A DNA stretch of 64,000 bases from the human T2T-CHM13v2.0 reference genome, Homo sapiens, in the NCBI RefSeq assembly GCF_009914755.1, contig NC_060925.1; one strand, given 5' to 3'. The notes under the pieces are model-generated. The model was not told where the DNA came from and did not search any database. It saw nothing but the letters and a program-made list of their open reading frames with translations. Position numbers and translations under genes: made by a program. Shown in pieces: positions 37,504-50,129 of this stretch (position 1 is the stretch's first letter; every line of letters starts with the position of its first letter).

Positions 37504-38659
37504 TTGAAGCAATAGAATATGTGACTAGAAAGGACAATTGAAAGAGCCTTAGCACATTGGTATATAGCCTGTATCCTATTTTAGATCACTCTTGTTTTGT
37601 ATGAGGGATGCTTTGGTGGGAGGTGAGATAGAAGGAAGACAGTAAGTTCAATTCTCCCTTTATTGAACTAATCTAGAAATGAAGTGATTAGCTTATTAAC
37701 CAATACAATGGAAGTGAGGGTAGAGTGGACAGAATAGGTTCAAATAAGAGTTTAATAGAATAGGCCTTCTTGGTAAACAGTTAGATATGAAAATATGGGA
37801 GACCTAAGCAGCCTCAATTCCTTCTTCCAAATTAACTGAAGTCTGATCATATTTTACTGGGAAGTTTTCCCTTGGAATCTATGACATATTTTCAAAGAAA
37901 GAGCACTCTTCATAATTATGTTTACTAGCCTCCTAGCATAGGAGCCAAATCTGTTCTGTGATTGCCATGCCATCTCTGCTTGATAGCAGCATTGATCTTG
38001 AGTTCAGACAAACTCAGAAGACACTGTAGGCTTCATCCGGCATTGTTTATTTGGTTTTCAGAAAGGCTACAGGATGCAATCATGGCATGAATGGAACGGT
38101 AGAATGGAAGTCCTTGTAGGCACAGCTTCTGAGGTCCCCATCATTCTACAATTGGAATGCAATAAAAGTGAGTAGAAGCAGAAAACCTCAGTTTAGGAAA
38201 GCCATAAATTCTGGGTCCTTTTAGCTTTTATAGACTAGCTAGTCTCTTAGACTCCTCAGGATTTTAATTCTAACTCTCATTCTCTCGTGCAGCTCATTCT
38301 TACCACTGAAAGTTATTCATTATTTGATGAATAATCTTGCTAATAAGGTATAGGCTCTTGGTCCAGTACATAGTCCTTGGCTGGATTATTATTTATTTTG
38401 GGCCTGGTATACGTATACTCCTAAAATTCTTTCCATTAATGTTAAAGGAGGATTTGCAGGATCAAATTCCAGATGTCTCTGAGAACAGAGGAAAGGCCAT
38501 AGAATCAGCTCTCAAGCCTTTCATTCCAGTAATGAAGAAAAAAATCAAGGGAAATATAAAAAATATGTATTGTACCAACTGTTTAACCTACTTTAGTCTA
38601 GAAGATAATTGTTAGTGCATTTTGGATGATCAATGATCATTCACTTGACAAAAAAGCAC

Positions 38660-39728
38660 CCCCCACAGAAACCAAAACCAAAATCTCTAGCTGATTTCAA
38701 TAAAAAATGGAAATAATTGACTAAAAACCTAGAGGCAAAATATAGCCCCAGATACAGGCTGATCTCGGGTCTGAAGGCCTCAAATGATACATTACTTACT
38801 CTTTATTTCTGTGCTCTGCTTTTTGACTTATACTGACTTACTGATTAGGTAGGCCCAGCATGGTAGCCCCTGTAGATGCAAGGCTCAGTTTTCCCAGTAT
38901 TTAAATCTAGTGGGAAAGGAATATATCTTTCTTCCAAAATTTTCATTCTGCTTCATTGGCTCTAATTGGGGCATATTTCAATTTTTGAGCCAATCACCAT
39001 GAGGCCAGGGAATTTGGTGCTCTAGTTGGCCAGACTACAGTTGAAGGTTGAGACCACCCATGTGCCATGACTAAGAATGGGAACACAGTGCTTCCTCAAG
39101 AGGGAATTTGAACAACTGCTACTGGAAACATGGTGAATAGATGCTGAATGGCTATAAAAGTCATTTATATTTAGGTTTTTTTTTCCTCTTTCAACTTATA
39201 GGAGCCCAGCTCAAAATAACTTAAAGATAAAACAACATTCATTAATTCACATGCATGGGAAGTCCAGAGATGCAGCTAACTTCATATAAGCCTGCAGGGG
39301 GCTCAAATGTTGGCATGACTCTGCTTCACTTGCACTCTGTCATTTCTCTTTGTGTTACTTCAGTAATCAGGTTTCTTCACAAACTGGGCAAATGGCAACT
39401 GGAAACCTTGTGCTTGCTATAAAGCTAGAAAAGTTCAACTACTTGAGTAATCTCAGTGGACAAAAACTGTCTTTACTGTTAGCTCCAGAATCCCTGGAGA
39501 AGACTTTTTGGCCCTCTTTGGGTCAACTTCCTATTCCTACATTAATTCCTGGGCCCCAAGACACATGGGGACTTTGGCAATATTTGGATGCAGTTTGACC
39601 AGGTGAGACCAGGTCACTGGGATTAATGACCCCACACAGCATCAGGGAGTAAAGTTTCCTGAAAGAAAAATGGTGTATATCAGAGGAAGAGAGATGAGCA
39701 GACAAAACCATAGCTGCCACAGTCCACT
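38660..39728 (-). mobile_element. Two adjacent old MLT1 (K/L-like) LTR remnants (~38660-39155 and ~39175-39728)
   Basis: 'cattggctctaattggggcat...gagccaatcac...tggtgaatagatgctg' and 'cccagctcaaaataacttaa...gaagtccagag...gagatgagcagacaaa'. Confidence 0.55.
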
Positions 39729-41399
39729 ATGGCTGTTGAGTTGCCTCAGGGATTTTTAATATTGTGCCCCTATTAACTTTATTCATGAGTTTTCTCACTC
39801 CTCTGAAAGCCGATCACCAATCACAAATGTCTGGCACAAATGTTTTTTAAAATGAAAAAGAGAATGATCACATATGATTTCCACTTGATCAGAACACAAG
39901 ACCTCATATCTACTTCTTGCAACTAAATTTGGAAGAAATTTGGGAGGAATCATGAAATTTCTGGTAATAGGCCTGGTATTTTCCTCTGTAAAGCTATACA
40001 CTCACCAGGTCAGAGGAAATAAAGCTACCCAAGTGACTAAGATGAGTTCCACTGACTGGGTTTTATTAGTTGTAACTATTGCTAATACCATTTCTTAAAT
40101 AAAGTATCAGAGCAACAATAAAATCTCTCCTTAGCAATCCTAGAGTGACTTTGGCAACATTCTTATTTAGCTATAATTCCTTTATAAGCAAATCTTCTGG
40201 AAATCAGCTTTCAGAAAGGGAGATCAATTAGGGAGTCCCTTCTAAATTCATATAACTTTAGGATTAGGCTTGGAGGTGAGTAGGGTGCTTTTAGTGAGGT
40301 ACATTAGAGATGATTCACTTGATTTGTTCACCACTTGCCATACATTTCTCTATGTGTGAGCTAAGTTTTTTTCATGTTCATCAGTAGGAATGAGCCCACC
40401 AAAGCCGATTAACTCTCACCAAGGGTTTAAATGGAATGGAATAAAGATGGCTTATTTAAATCACATGCATTTTGAAGATCATTAGAGCTCTGTGTCCTAT
40501 GAATAAGGACGATTAAAATTCAGCAGAGTTTTGTGTATTCTTAATATGCATTTAGTTTACACCACAACGTTGTCTTTAACATACCATTATGCAGTGTGCT
40601 ATGACCGCTATTCATAATGGCACACACTTGGTAATACGCATGATGATTCAGAATAAGTTGAAGTGTCTTTACATTATTCTTAATATAATAATGGTTCCTA
40701 GGGCTACATGCAGCTGTGAGTGCATATTAACAGGGGTAGCCCACTGAGAATTATGAATCTATAACACAAAATTTTCAGAAAAAGTACTTACTGTGTATGC
40801 AAAATTGCGGCCCTTTAAAGCTTGAAACTTGGGCTGGTTAAAATTGCTTCTAGAAATATTTTTTAAAAGAAAATATTACAGAGGTAATAAGTGAACTGAA
40901 AGGATTTGTGAATGATTGCTATAAAGTCTTCTTTTTAAGGTAATAACTCACAAAACTGCAAAAGGAATAGAAAATTATCTTTTTATGCATGTGCAATATG
41001 AACTCAATTCAAGTGAATTTCAGTAATACATGTTCTTGATGTTTTTACCATCTTAATAGATCTCACTATTTATCTTTTATTTTTGTTGATTGACTGATAA
41101 TGAGACATAAATAATTCTATTTCTTTGCTAATTTGATCTCAATTTCTACAAATGTAGACAGTATTAAGAAGTATTTTTTAAATGGTCATTTTTGACCTTA
41201 TTTTGGTAATGTCCACTCTTACTTCCACTCCTCCCTAAAACCTCTCTAAAATTCTCATCATCCTATAAATCAGTTCAAACACTTGAACATCATACATGAA
41301 GCTCATTGTGAACTATCCATTATTCTCCCTGCACTCAACTTTCTTTACCTCCCATAACCTCACACAGTACACATCGGCATTTTGCAATCATTCATTATC

Positions 41400-41920
41400 T
41401 TTTGGTTCTGCACACGCTGTTCCTTTATTCTGGAATGTTTGTCTTGCCCCTCTGGACACCATTTTTTAGTTTCAAGACACAGTTAAAGCCTCATCTTCTC
41501 TATAAAATGGTCCTTGACCCTGTGTGTATTGTACCTCCTACCCCAGCCCACCTCAATCATGCACTTAGTGACTCCCTTTATAATGCCATTGCTGGACTGG
41601 GTAGACTAACCTCCATCAGTATACTTACTGAACAGCATGGTCATAAAATAGACAAAATAATTCTGTTCCCATGGGATTGACATATGCTTGAAAATATGTG
41701 TAATTGACAGTATCTAGCACATTGTATATACAGTACATATTATATTCTTATTGCTGCTAAACTGAATTTTAATTATTTTTACATATTAATCTCTTCTACT
41801 AGTCTGTGAATTTCTTGAGGGCAGGGACTATGTTCTATTCTCATTTTACTTTCAGGACCAAACATAATATTAAGCATAAAAGAGGTGACTAATGAGTGCA
41901 TGTTGCATAAATACATTGAA
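41400..41920 (+). mobile_element. L2 3' region
   Basis: 'gctgttcctttattctggaatg' and 'ctagtctgtgaatttcttgagggcagggactatgt'. Confidence 0.7.
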
Positions 41921-41971
41921 TATTTCACTAAAGAATTTCATATTTTGTAGAATTATTTTACATGTAAATTG

Positions 41972-42142
41972 TTGTATTTCATTAGTTCTGAGATCCACTT
42001 TTTTGCACATTTTACCTTCTCAGAAATTAGAATGGGTTATCACAGCTTGATTAGCAGCACTCACTCTTTCTTTTTATTTTATGAAACATAAAATAATGAT
42101 GTGTCTTACATTTGATGGTGTCTTAAATTCAAAGAAATATAG
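41972..42142. mobile_element. MER104-like Tc2/mariner-class DNA element
   Basis: Degenerate TIRs tgtatttcattagttctgaga / tcttaaattcaaagaaatata; internal 'gtgtcttacatttgatggtgtctta'. Confidence 0.6.
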
Positions 42143-42196
42143 TACTTCTGTTTCTTACTAGAGTTAATAAAATCAGTTAAAAATATCTAAGTGTCT

Positions 42197-42623
42197 GTAT
42201 TAGTCAGAGTATTCTAAGTACCACAATAAATAACCAGAATGTCTCAGTGGCTGCTTACCAGAGGTTTAGGTGTCACTCATGTTCCAGTCTAACGTGGGTC
42301 AGAGAAGGGATGAGGGGAGCCTGTTGCCATGCAGCCCTTCAGGGAGCTATGCTTGTTCCATCTGGGGGCTCCCCCATCCTCTGGGGCGGGATGTCCTCTG
42401 CTAGATTTTCTGAATGAAGGGAAAAGTGAGAGCACAGACAACTTCGCAGCACACTTACCAACCAGTCCTACAAGTGGTACACATCACTTGCTTTCACAGT
42501 CCACTAGCCAAACTCAGTCACATGGCCCAACCTAACTGCAAGAAAGACATGACATGGAATCCAGATATGTGCCAGGAGGGAAAGGAAACTGGATTTGGTG
42601 AGTGCATAAAAATTTCTGCCACA
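42197..42623 (-). mobile_element. MLT1-family LTR
   Basis: Termini tgtattagtcag...tctgccaca; 'ctcagtcacatggcccaacctaactgcaag'. Confidence 0.75.
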
Positions 42624-42699
42624 TGTCCAGTGCTGCACAAGACAATATTGAGAACACACATAGAAGTTATCACAACTCCTACCTACAAAGAGCAGACAA

Positions 42700-43060
42700 T
42701 TCAATCTCTATGCTTATTTAGTCAATAAATATCCATCAAATACCTCCTATAAGCCACACCATGTGCTACATGATGTGAGGTGTACAGAGCTCAATGAGAT
42801 TTTGATCCTGCTGGGTTTTTATTATCTAAGATAAAATAGGCACATAAATAATTATAATACAAGACAGAAAGTGAAAAGGACCATAAAATAGAAGATGCAT
42901 CTAACCGGAGAAATCGAGGAATGGTTTTGGAAGAGAGATGTGTAGACCTATACTAACAGAAGACTTTGAGCATGGATATTACCAGAAAGGATCCCAGGAA
43001 GAGGGATCATCTTAGACTCAAACTGTGGAAGAGGATGAGGGTGCAGTCTTGCTAAGAAGA
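42700..43060 (-). mobile_element. L2 fragment
   Basis: 'caataaatatccatcaaatacctcctataagcca...'. Confidence 0.55.
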
Positions 43061-43424
43061 TTCTAGAGATTCTCTTGGAATAAGAAATGGTGTCAAAGGA
43101 CAGAAACAAATCTTACTGAATAGAAGCCATCTAGAGAGAGGGATTTGAGGAGCAGAGAACATTTTGTTAGGTAAAGCTTAGGGAGGAAAGAATACAAAAA
43201 GTAAATGCTCAGAGGCAAAATCTCCATATTGCCCCTTTGGTTCTGTCATTTCAGTAGCTGTGTGAGCACATATCTTCCTTGGTCCACATCACTACCACCC
43301 AAGCAAAATAAGATATGGTGGGTCATGCTCCGGGGGTGAGTCTGTTAAGAACTCACTATCTTTTCCATTTGTATATCATATATAAGTATAATACAGTATG
43401 ATACATGTATAATGTTCACATATA

Positions 43425-43461
<37 letters not shown>

Positions 43462-43478
43462 TTATATATATATATATA
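43425..43478 (+). repeat. (TG)n(TA)n compound microsatellite
   Basis: Seen directly. Confidence 0.95.
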
Positions 43479-43509
43479 GTCATATTAGACTTTTAAAAAT
43501 AACACTGGG

Positions 43510-43735
43510 CACCACAGTAGACTCCTTTTGTACCCAGTGTCATATCCCCTCTTACAATCTCTGATTTCAGCTACAGCCATGATGCACAGTTCCATGGGAA
43601 CTGAAACTCTCATTGTGTTGGCAGCTTTCCTGCAAAACCTGTAGGTTCTGAAGTCAGGGAGAAGTTACCAGCTTTGGGGCAACCCTCAACCCGTGATAGG
43701 GGTGGTGGGGGGTGGAAATCAGTGGATAAATGCTC
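43510..43735. mobile_element. LTR16-like ERVL LTR fragment
   Basis: 'gggcaaccctcaacc...aatcagtggataaatgc'. Confidence 0.5.
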
Positions 43736-43771
43736 ATATGTATTTCAATTCAAATATTTAAAAACTCTTCG

Positions 43772-44680
43772 AAGAAAACTTTTGCAATCTATCCATCTGA
43801 CAAAGGGCTAATATCCAGAATTTAAAAGGAACTTAAACAAATTTACAAGAAAAAAACAAAGAACCCCATCAAAAAAGTGGGCAAATGATATGAACAGACG
43901 TTTTTCAAAAGAAGACGTTTAAACAGCCAACAAACATATGAAAAGAAACCCAACTTCACTGACCATTAGAAATGCAAATCAAAACCACAATGAAATACCA
44001 CCTCATGCAGTCAGAATGGCAATTATTAAAAAGTCAAGAAGCAATAGATGCTGGCAAGGCTATAAAGAAAAAGGAATGCTTTTACACTGTTGGTGGGAAT
44101 GTAAAATATTTCAACCATTGTGGAAGACAGTATGGTGATTCCTCAAGGATCTAGAACCGGAAATACCATTTGACCCAGCAATCCCATTACTGGGTATATA
44201 CCCAAAAGAATTTAAATCATTCTACTATAAAGACACATGCACATGTATGTTTATTGCAGCACAATTTACAATAGCAAAGTCATGGAACCAACCCAAATGC
44301 CCATCAATCATAGACTGGATAAAGAAAACGTGGCACGTATACTCCATGGTATACTATGCAGCCATAAAAAGGAATGAGATCATGTCCTTTGCAGGGACAT
44401 GGATGAAGCTGGAAACCATCATTCTCAGCAAATTAACACAGGACAGAAAACCAAACACTGCATGTTCTCACTCATAAGGGGGAGTTGAACAGTGAGAACA
44501 TATGGACATAGGGTGGGGAACAACACACACCAGGGCCTGTTGGGGGGTTGGGGGCAGGGGAGGGAACTTGGAGGACAGGTTAATAGGTGCAGCAAACCAC
44601 CATGGCACATGTATACCTGTGCAACAAAACGTCACGTTCAGCACATGTATCTCAGAACTTAAAGTAAAACTAAAAAAAAA
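43772..44680 (+). mobile_element. L1PA (PA7/8-like) 3' end
   Basis: ORF2 C-terminal ORFs 43938..44138 and 44247..44477; 3' UTR and poly(A). Confidence 0.95.
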
Positions 44681-44694
44681 AAGAATTATTATAA

Positions 44695-45080
44695 CTGGGT
44701 TAAGAAAATGTGGCACACATACACCATGGAATACTATGCAGCCATAAAAAAGGATGAGTTCATGTCCTTTGCAGGGACGTGGATGAAGCTGGAAACCATC
44801 ACTTTCAGCAAACTATCACAAGAACAGAAAACAAAACACTGCATGTTCTCACTCATAGGTAGGAATTGAACAATGAGAAAACTTGGACACAGGGCAGGGA
44901 ACATCACACACCAAGGCCTGACATGGTGTGTGGGGCTAGGGAATGGATAGCATTAGGAGAAATACCTAATGTAAACGAAGAGTTGATGGGTGCAGCAAAC
45001 CAACATGGCTCATGTATACCTATGTATCAAACCTGCACTTTGTGCACATGTACCTAGAACTTAAAGTATAATAAAAAATT
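44695..45080 (+). mobile_element. Second L1PA 3' end inserted into the tail of the first
   Basis: 18-bp TSD aaaaaagaatta(t/c)tataa at 44677-44694 and 45081-45098. Confidence 0.95.
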
Positions 45081-45098
45081 AAAAAAGAATTACTATAA

Positions 45099-45765
45099 AG
45101 CAATAGTCATCAAGACTATATGGTATTAGGAAAGGATAGACATATGAATCAGTGGAACAGAATAAAGTGTTCACAAAATAGACCCACACGTATATGCTCA
45201 ATGGATATTCAGGAAAGGTGCAAAGACAATTCAACAGGAAAAAAGGATAGTCTTAATAATGTTGAAACAATTAGACAATCATGAAAAAAAGAGAACCTTC
45301 AATAGCCGAAATATGGAATAAATATCATGTTCATTGATAAATGAATAGATAAAGAAAATTTATTATATATACCCAATGGAATACTGTTCAGCCTTTTAAA
45401 AAAAGGAAATTCTGTCATTTACAACAACATGATGAACCTGGAGGACATCATGTTAAGTGAAATAAGCCAGGCACAGAAAGACAAGCACTGCATTACAGTA
45501 CTTACATGTGAAATCTAAAAAAGTTGAACTAGAGGCAGAAAGTAGAATGGTAGTGGTAGCAGATGGGTGGTAAGGAGGCTGGTGAAGTGGAGCTATGTTG
45601 GTCAAAGGCTACAAAGTTTCAATTAGACAGGATAAAAATCTTTTGGAGATCTATTGTATAGCTTGGTGACTTTACTTAATAATGATGTATTTTATACTTG
45701 AAAATTGCTAAGAGATTAGATTTTAAATGTTCTTATCACAAAAAAATATGTAAAGTAATAGAAAA
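45099..45765 (+). mobile_element. Old L1M ORF2 piece plus L1MA-type 3' end
   Basis: 'catcaagactatatggtattagg...gtggaacagaata'; 'gtgaaataagccaggcacagaaagacaa'. Confidence 0.8.
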
Positions 45766-45882
45766 AAATTCTTTGAGAAAAATAAGTTTTCCTATTGATT
45801 GCTGGCAAAGGGAAAGAAATATTGAAGGTGTTTCAGGAATGGAGGAAACATTCTCCAGTATCAGAGATTAAGAAACTTCTTA

Positions 45883-46385
45883 CCAATGGATAAAGAAATT
45901 GTGGTATACATACACAATAGAATACTATTCAGCCTTAAAAAAGAAGGAAATCCCGTCATTTGACACAATATGGATGAATCTGGAGGACATTATGTTGAGT
46001 GAAATAATTCAGGCACAGGAATACAAATACTGCATGATCTCACTTATATGTGTAGTATAAAAATGTCAAACTCATAGAAGCAGAGAGTAAAATAAATGGT
46101 GGTTACCAAAGGCAGTGGGGGAAGGGGAATTGGGGCAATGTTGGCCAAAAAACACATTTCAATTAGACAGGAGGAAAAAGTACAAGAGATCTATCATAAA
46201 TAATGGAGATTACAATTAATAATATTTTGTATATTTGAAAATTTATGTGTTCTCACCACAAAAAAGTGTGTGAAGTAATGCCTATGTTAACTTGCTTGAT
46301 TGAGCCATTCCATGATGTATACATATATCAAAATATCATGTTACACACAATAAATGTATACAGTTTTTACTTGTCAATTAAAGGA
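45883..46385 (+). mobile_element. L1MA-type 3' end
   Basis: 'caatggataaagaaattgtggtatacatacacaatagaatactattcagcc...ttgtcaattaaa'. Confidence 0.88.
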
Positions 46386-47034
46386 AAAACACACTCCTTG
46401 TTATGGAATTTATATGCTTTTGGAGCTCTGAAATGATCAGACATTTTCCAGGGTGTTTGGATTTTTATTGGGTTACTGTTCTTTTACCTTAATAAATGCT
46501 GACTCTGTAAGTCTTCTTCTAAATATAAAAGATAACCCTTCTTTGTCTTACAACTATAAAAGCTTATCAGCACCTTAGTAACCTTTACAGGTTTATTTCT
46601 ATTTAACTCCCTTAATCTGATTTGCATTAGTCTTTTTAAAAGAAGCAATATTTTCTTGTGCTAGACACACTTTGAAATTGATGTGGTTTAAATCTTCCCA
46701 CACATAACTGAGTGGTGACTTACTGCTTTCCTTAGTTGCCAGCAGACTGAAGAGATGCCAACAATAATGAAAGAAAACACAGGCTTCCCTGCCTCTCCGT
46801 CACCTCAAAATTCTGTAACTCTGAATGGCTAAAATAAGAAAATATGATAGGGATACCATCTGGGCTCTTATTATAAAAGTTAACTACAGAAAAAATTATT
46901 AAATGTACACACCTCTACCTTGACTTGCTTAGAGGTTTCCTCAAGCTCTGATGTTGGTTGACAGAATGCAGTTCACAATTTTAATATGCCACATTTTGAT
47001 ATGGATGACAGCAATGATAACAATATCAAAAAAG

Positions 47035-47250
47035 TTATCCAGACTGAGTGTTTACTATCTGTTATGAAGTATGATACATGTTTACATGCAATTCACTTAT
47101 TCCTCAAAACAACCCAATGAGGTAGGTACTATTATCCGCATTTTACAAATGAAACATTAAGCCTTAGAGAAGGACCAAGTAATTTTCTTTAAAGCTACAT
47201 GCTAGTAAATGGCAAGTCCTTTCAAAGCAGATCTGTTTGATTTAGACTGC
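47035..47250 (-). mobile_element. MIR
   Basis: 'aacaacccaatgaggtaggtactattatccgcattttacaaatga'. Confidence 0.85.
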
Positions 47251-47539
47251 ATTGATCCCACTTGGTTGAAATGACAAACTGGCTCGTTCCTTCCCCTCCT
47301 TATTCCTGCCTTCCTTCTGTCCATCCATCCATGTTATTTCTCTTATTCTTGTATAGATCCATGTTGAATACATTTTCTGCCCTGGATTCTGGCTTATAAA
47401 ATGTATAGGCTTATCAAATGCATTCATTGGATAAAACCACTGAGGTATAATGAACCTAAAAGGGTATATAAGTGGTTAGACTTCCCTCCAGATGCAGGGA
47501 AAAAAAAAAAAAAAGCTACATCATTCCAAACAGTTCTAG

Positions 47540-47899
<360 letters not shown>

Positions 47900-49211
47900 G
47901 GGAATTTATTTCTTTTGTAACAGCCCATTCTTCAAATTTCAGCCTTAATCTTTTTCTTTACGTGCCCGTGGTAACTAGGTTTTATCCCTGTGCTCTTCTA
48001 GAGCTGCCTGCAGGGGAAGAGCAAGCTCGTCTCCAGAGAAAACAGTTGCTAGACTGCTTTGGCTCCCAATCAAGTGGAAAAATGAGTTTAGAAGGGTCAA
48101 TTCTAGTTGCCTTGATCAATTTCCAAATCACGACAGTTTGACTGCCAGTGTCTCCTTTTTCATGTAGAGAACAGATATTTAAAATTTCTGATCTTCCACC
48201 TGAATTTCCAAATTAGGAGGGTATTTCTTTCTCTCCTTCTCCTTTTCTTCACCTCCTCCTCCATTTTCTCTTTGTTATCATCAGAAACCAACATAAGTTT
48301 CCATCCAACTATTTGCCTATTTTATCCACCGTTTCTCTTAGGTATTTTTCTATCTGAAGCTTGTACTCTAGCACAACCTCCACTAAAGGTAACTCTATAT
48401 ATTCTGATTTATTCAAATCCAATCAGCTAGAGTTAATGAATTCCTAAGGGCAGGAGATCAATCATGTGCTATTTATATTTAATTAAATTCGTGTTGCCTC
48501 CCTTGTTTTTTATAACAACTTTAAGGCATTTGAGAAAAGCATATTTGTGATACATTCTTATCTTAGAATAATTTTTCTTATAATTTGATGGATTTTACTT
48601 TACCAAATTCATAAAAATCTTACTTTCTTCAGGACTTTTAGGACATGCACACTAATAATACTTTTATTAGCACAAGAGTCCTCCTCACAAATTTTCTCGT
48701 TTCCTCCAAGGTAGAATTGATCTCATCCCTGTATTTTGGTCTCAAATTAAACTCAATTGTAACAGTTTATTGCATGTGCTTGTTGATCTGTTTGCCTCTC
48801 TTTCTGGGCCATGAACTCCTTTGTTTCCCTGTGTTTATGTGTAACAGGCTGGTTACACATAATGCAAAGTGATATGTCAGATGAAAGAAATTACGGCACA
48901 ATATAGTTAACTGTGAATAAAATGAAAGCATGCTATATAATCTATGATGTTCCTAGGCACTAGGGTTTTAGTATAGAGAAAAAGAAGGGCTACGTTGGAG
49001 GAAGGAAAGAGTTTGATGGAAAAGTGGGTATACATGTGTATAGAGGGAAGATTGAGAAAACAGAACCAGGGCATGAGAGACCCATATCTTTGAGAAGCTG
49101 GTATAACATGGACACAGGTTCTTTCTTTCATTAAAGACTCTCAGACTTCCCTTTGGTTGTCGTGCCAGTTGCTAATTTTCCTTCTCAACAAAGTAGGAAG
49201 ACCATCTAGGG

Positions 49212-49419
49212 CAGGGGACTGCAAACTTTTTCTATAAAGTGCCTTATAGCAATTATTTTCAGCTTTGCAGGACATATTGTCTCTGCAGAAAATTCTCAGC
49301 TCTGCTGCTGTGAAAACAGCCATAGACTGAGGCCATGTGTAAGGGGTTTGATTAAACTTTATATGCAAACTCAGGCATTGGGCTGGATTTGGCCCACAGG
49401 CATCATCTGTCGACTCCCG
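49212..49419 (+). mobile_element. MER58A (hAT-Charlie)
   Basis: caggggactgcaaactttttc...ggatttggccc...cgactcccg; 8-bp flanks atctaggg / atctagca. Confidence 0.85.
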
Positions 49420-50129
49420 ATCTAGCATAGCGAGATCATAGTCTGTGCCTTCTGGTTCTCCCTCTGCTCTGTTGTGTTTTCATGATTTGTCCAACAAATT
49501 GGTCTAATGTGAAATTAAGAGCTTTCTTTACGGAATCAACAAATCACATTTTGCTTGCTTACTAACTAAATTCCTTAACAGAAAACAAAATATTTAATTT
49601 CCAATTAGATATAAACTATTCACTATTCAAATAACACAATGTTGAAATTTACTCACTAAAATATGCTCTATTAATAAACCAAAAAATTCCAATGACTGAT
49701 ACTAAATCTTTTCTAGTATTCCAAAAGAAACGAGACAAAGCAGAAATGATAGCTTGATATATCTGAGTTTAGGGAAGTGGTAGACATGGAAGTGGTAGGT
49801 GAATAAAAGTGGCAGAAAAGATTAATTGGAGGGGAAGAAAATCAGCTTTGCTGTCCTCATTATTTGATTGAAATTTGGTCCAGTTTGCTTTAAACTAGTC
49901 ATAGAGAAACAGATGCTGAGTAGGAGGCATTTTTTTGGTCAGCCATGCTCTTAAGACTCTATGACTTTGTTTTTCAAGATTTCTTGAGGGGTGTATAGGG
50001 TGATGGGAATTGTTTAAACAATTCATCTGACCACAGGAAAAGATCATTATATTTCAAAGGATTCTAACTGTGGTGCCACTCCGTTCTTTGGATTTAAAAC
50101 TCAGACTAGAGAGGCAGTGATCTGATTGA

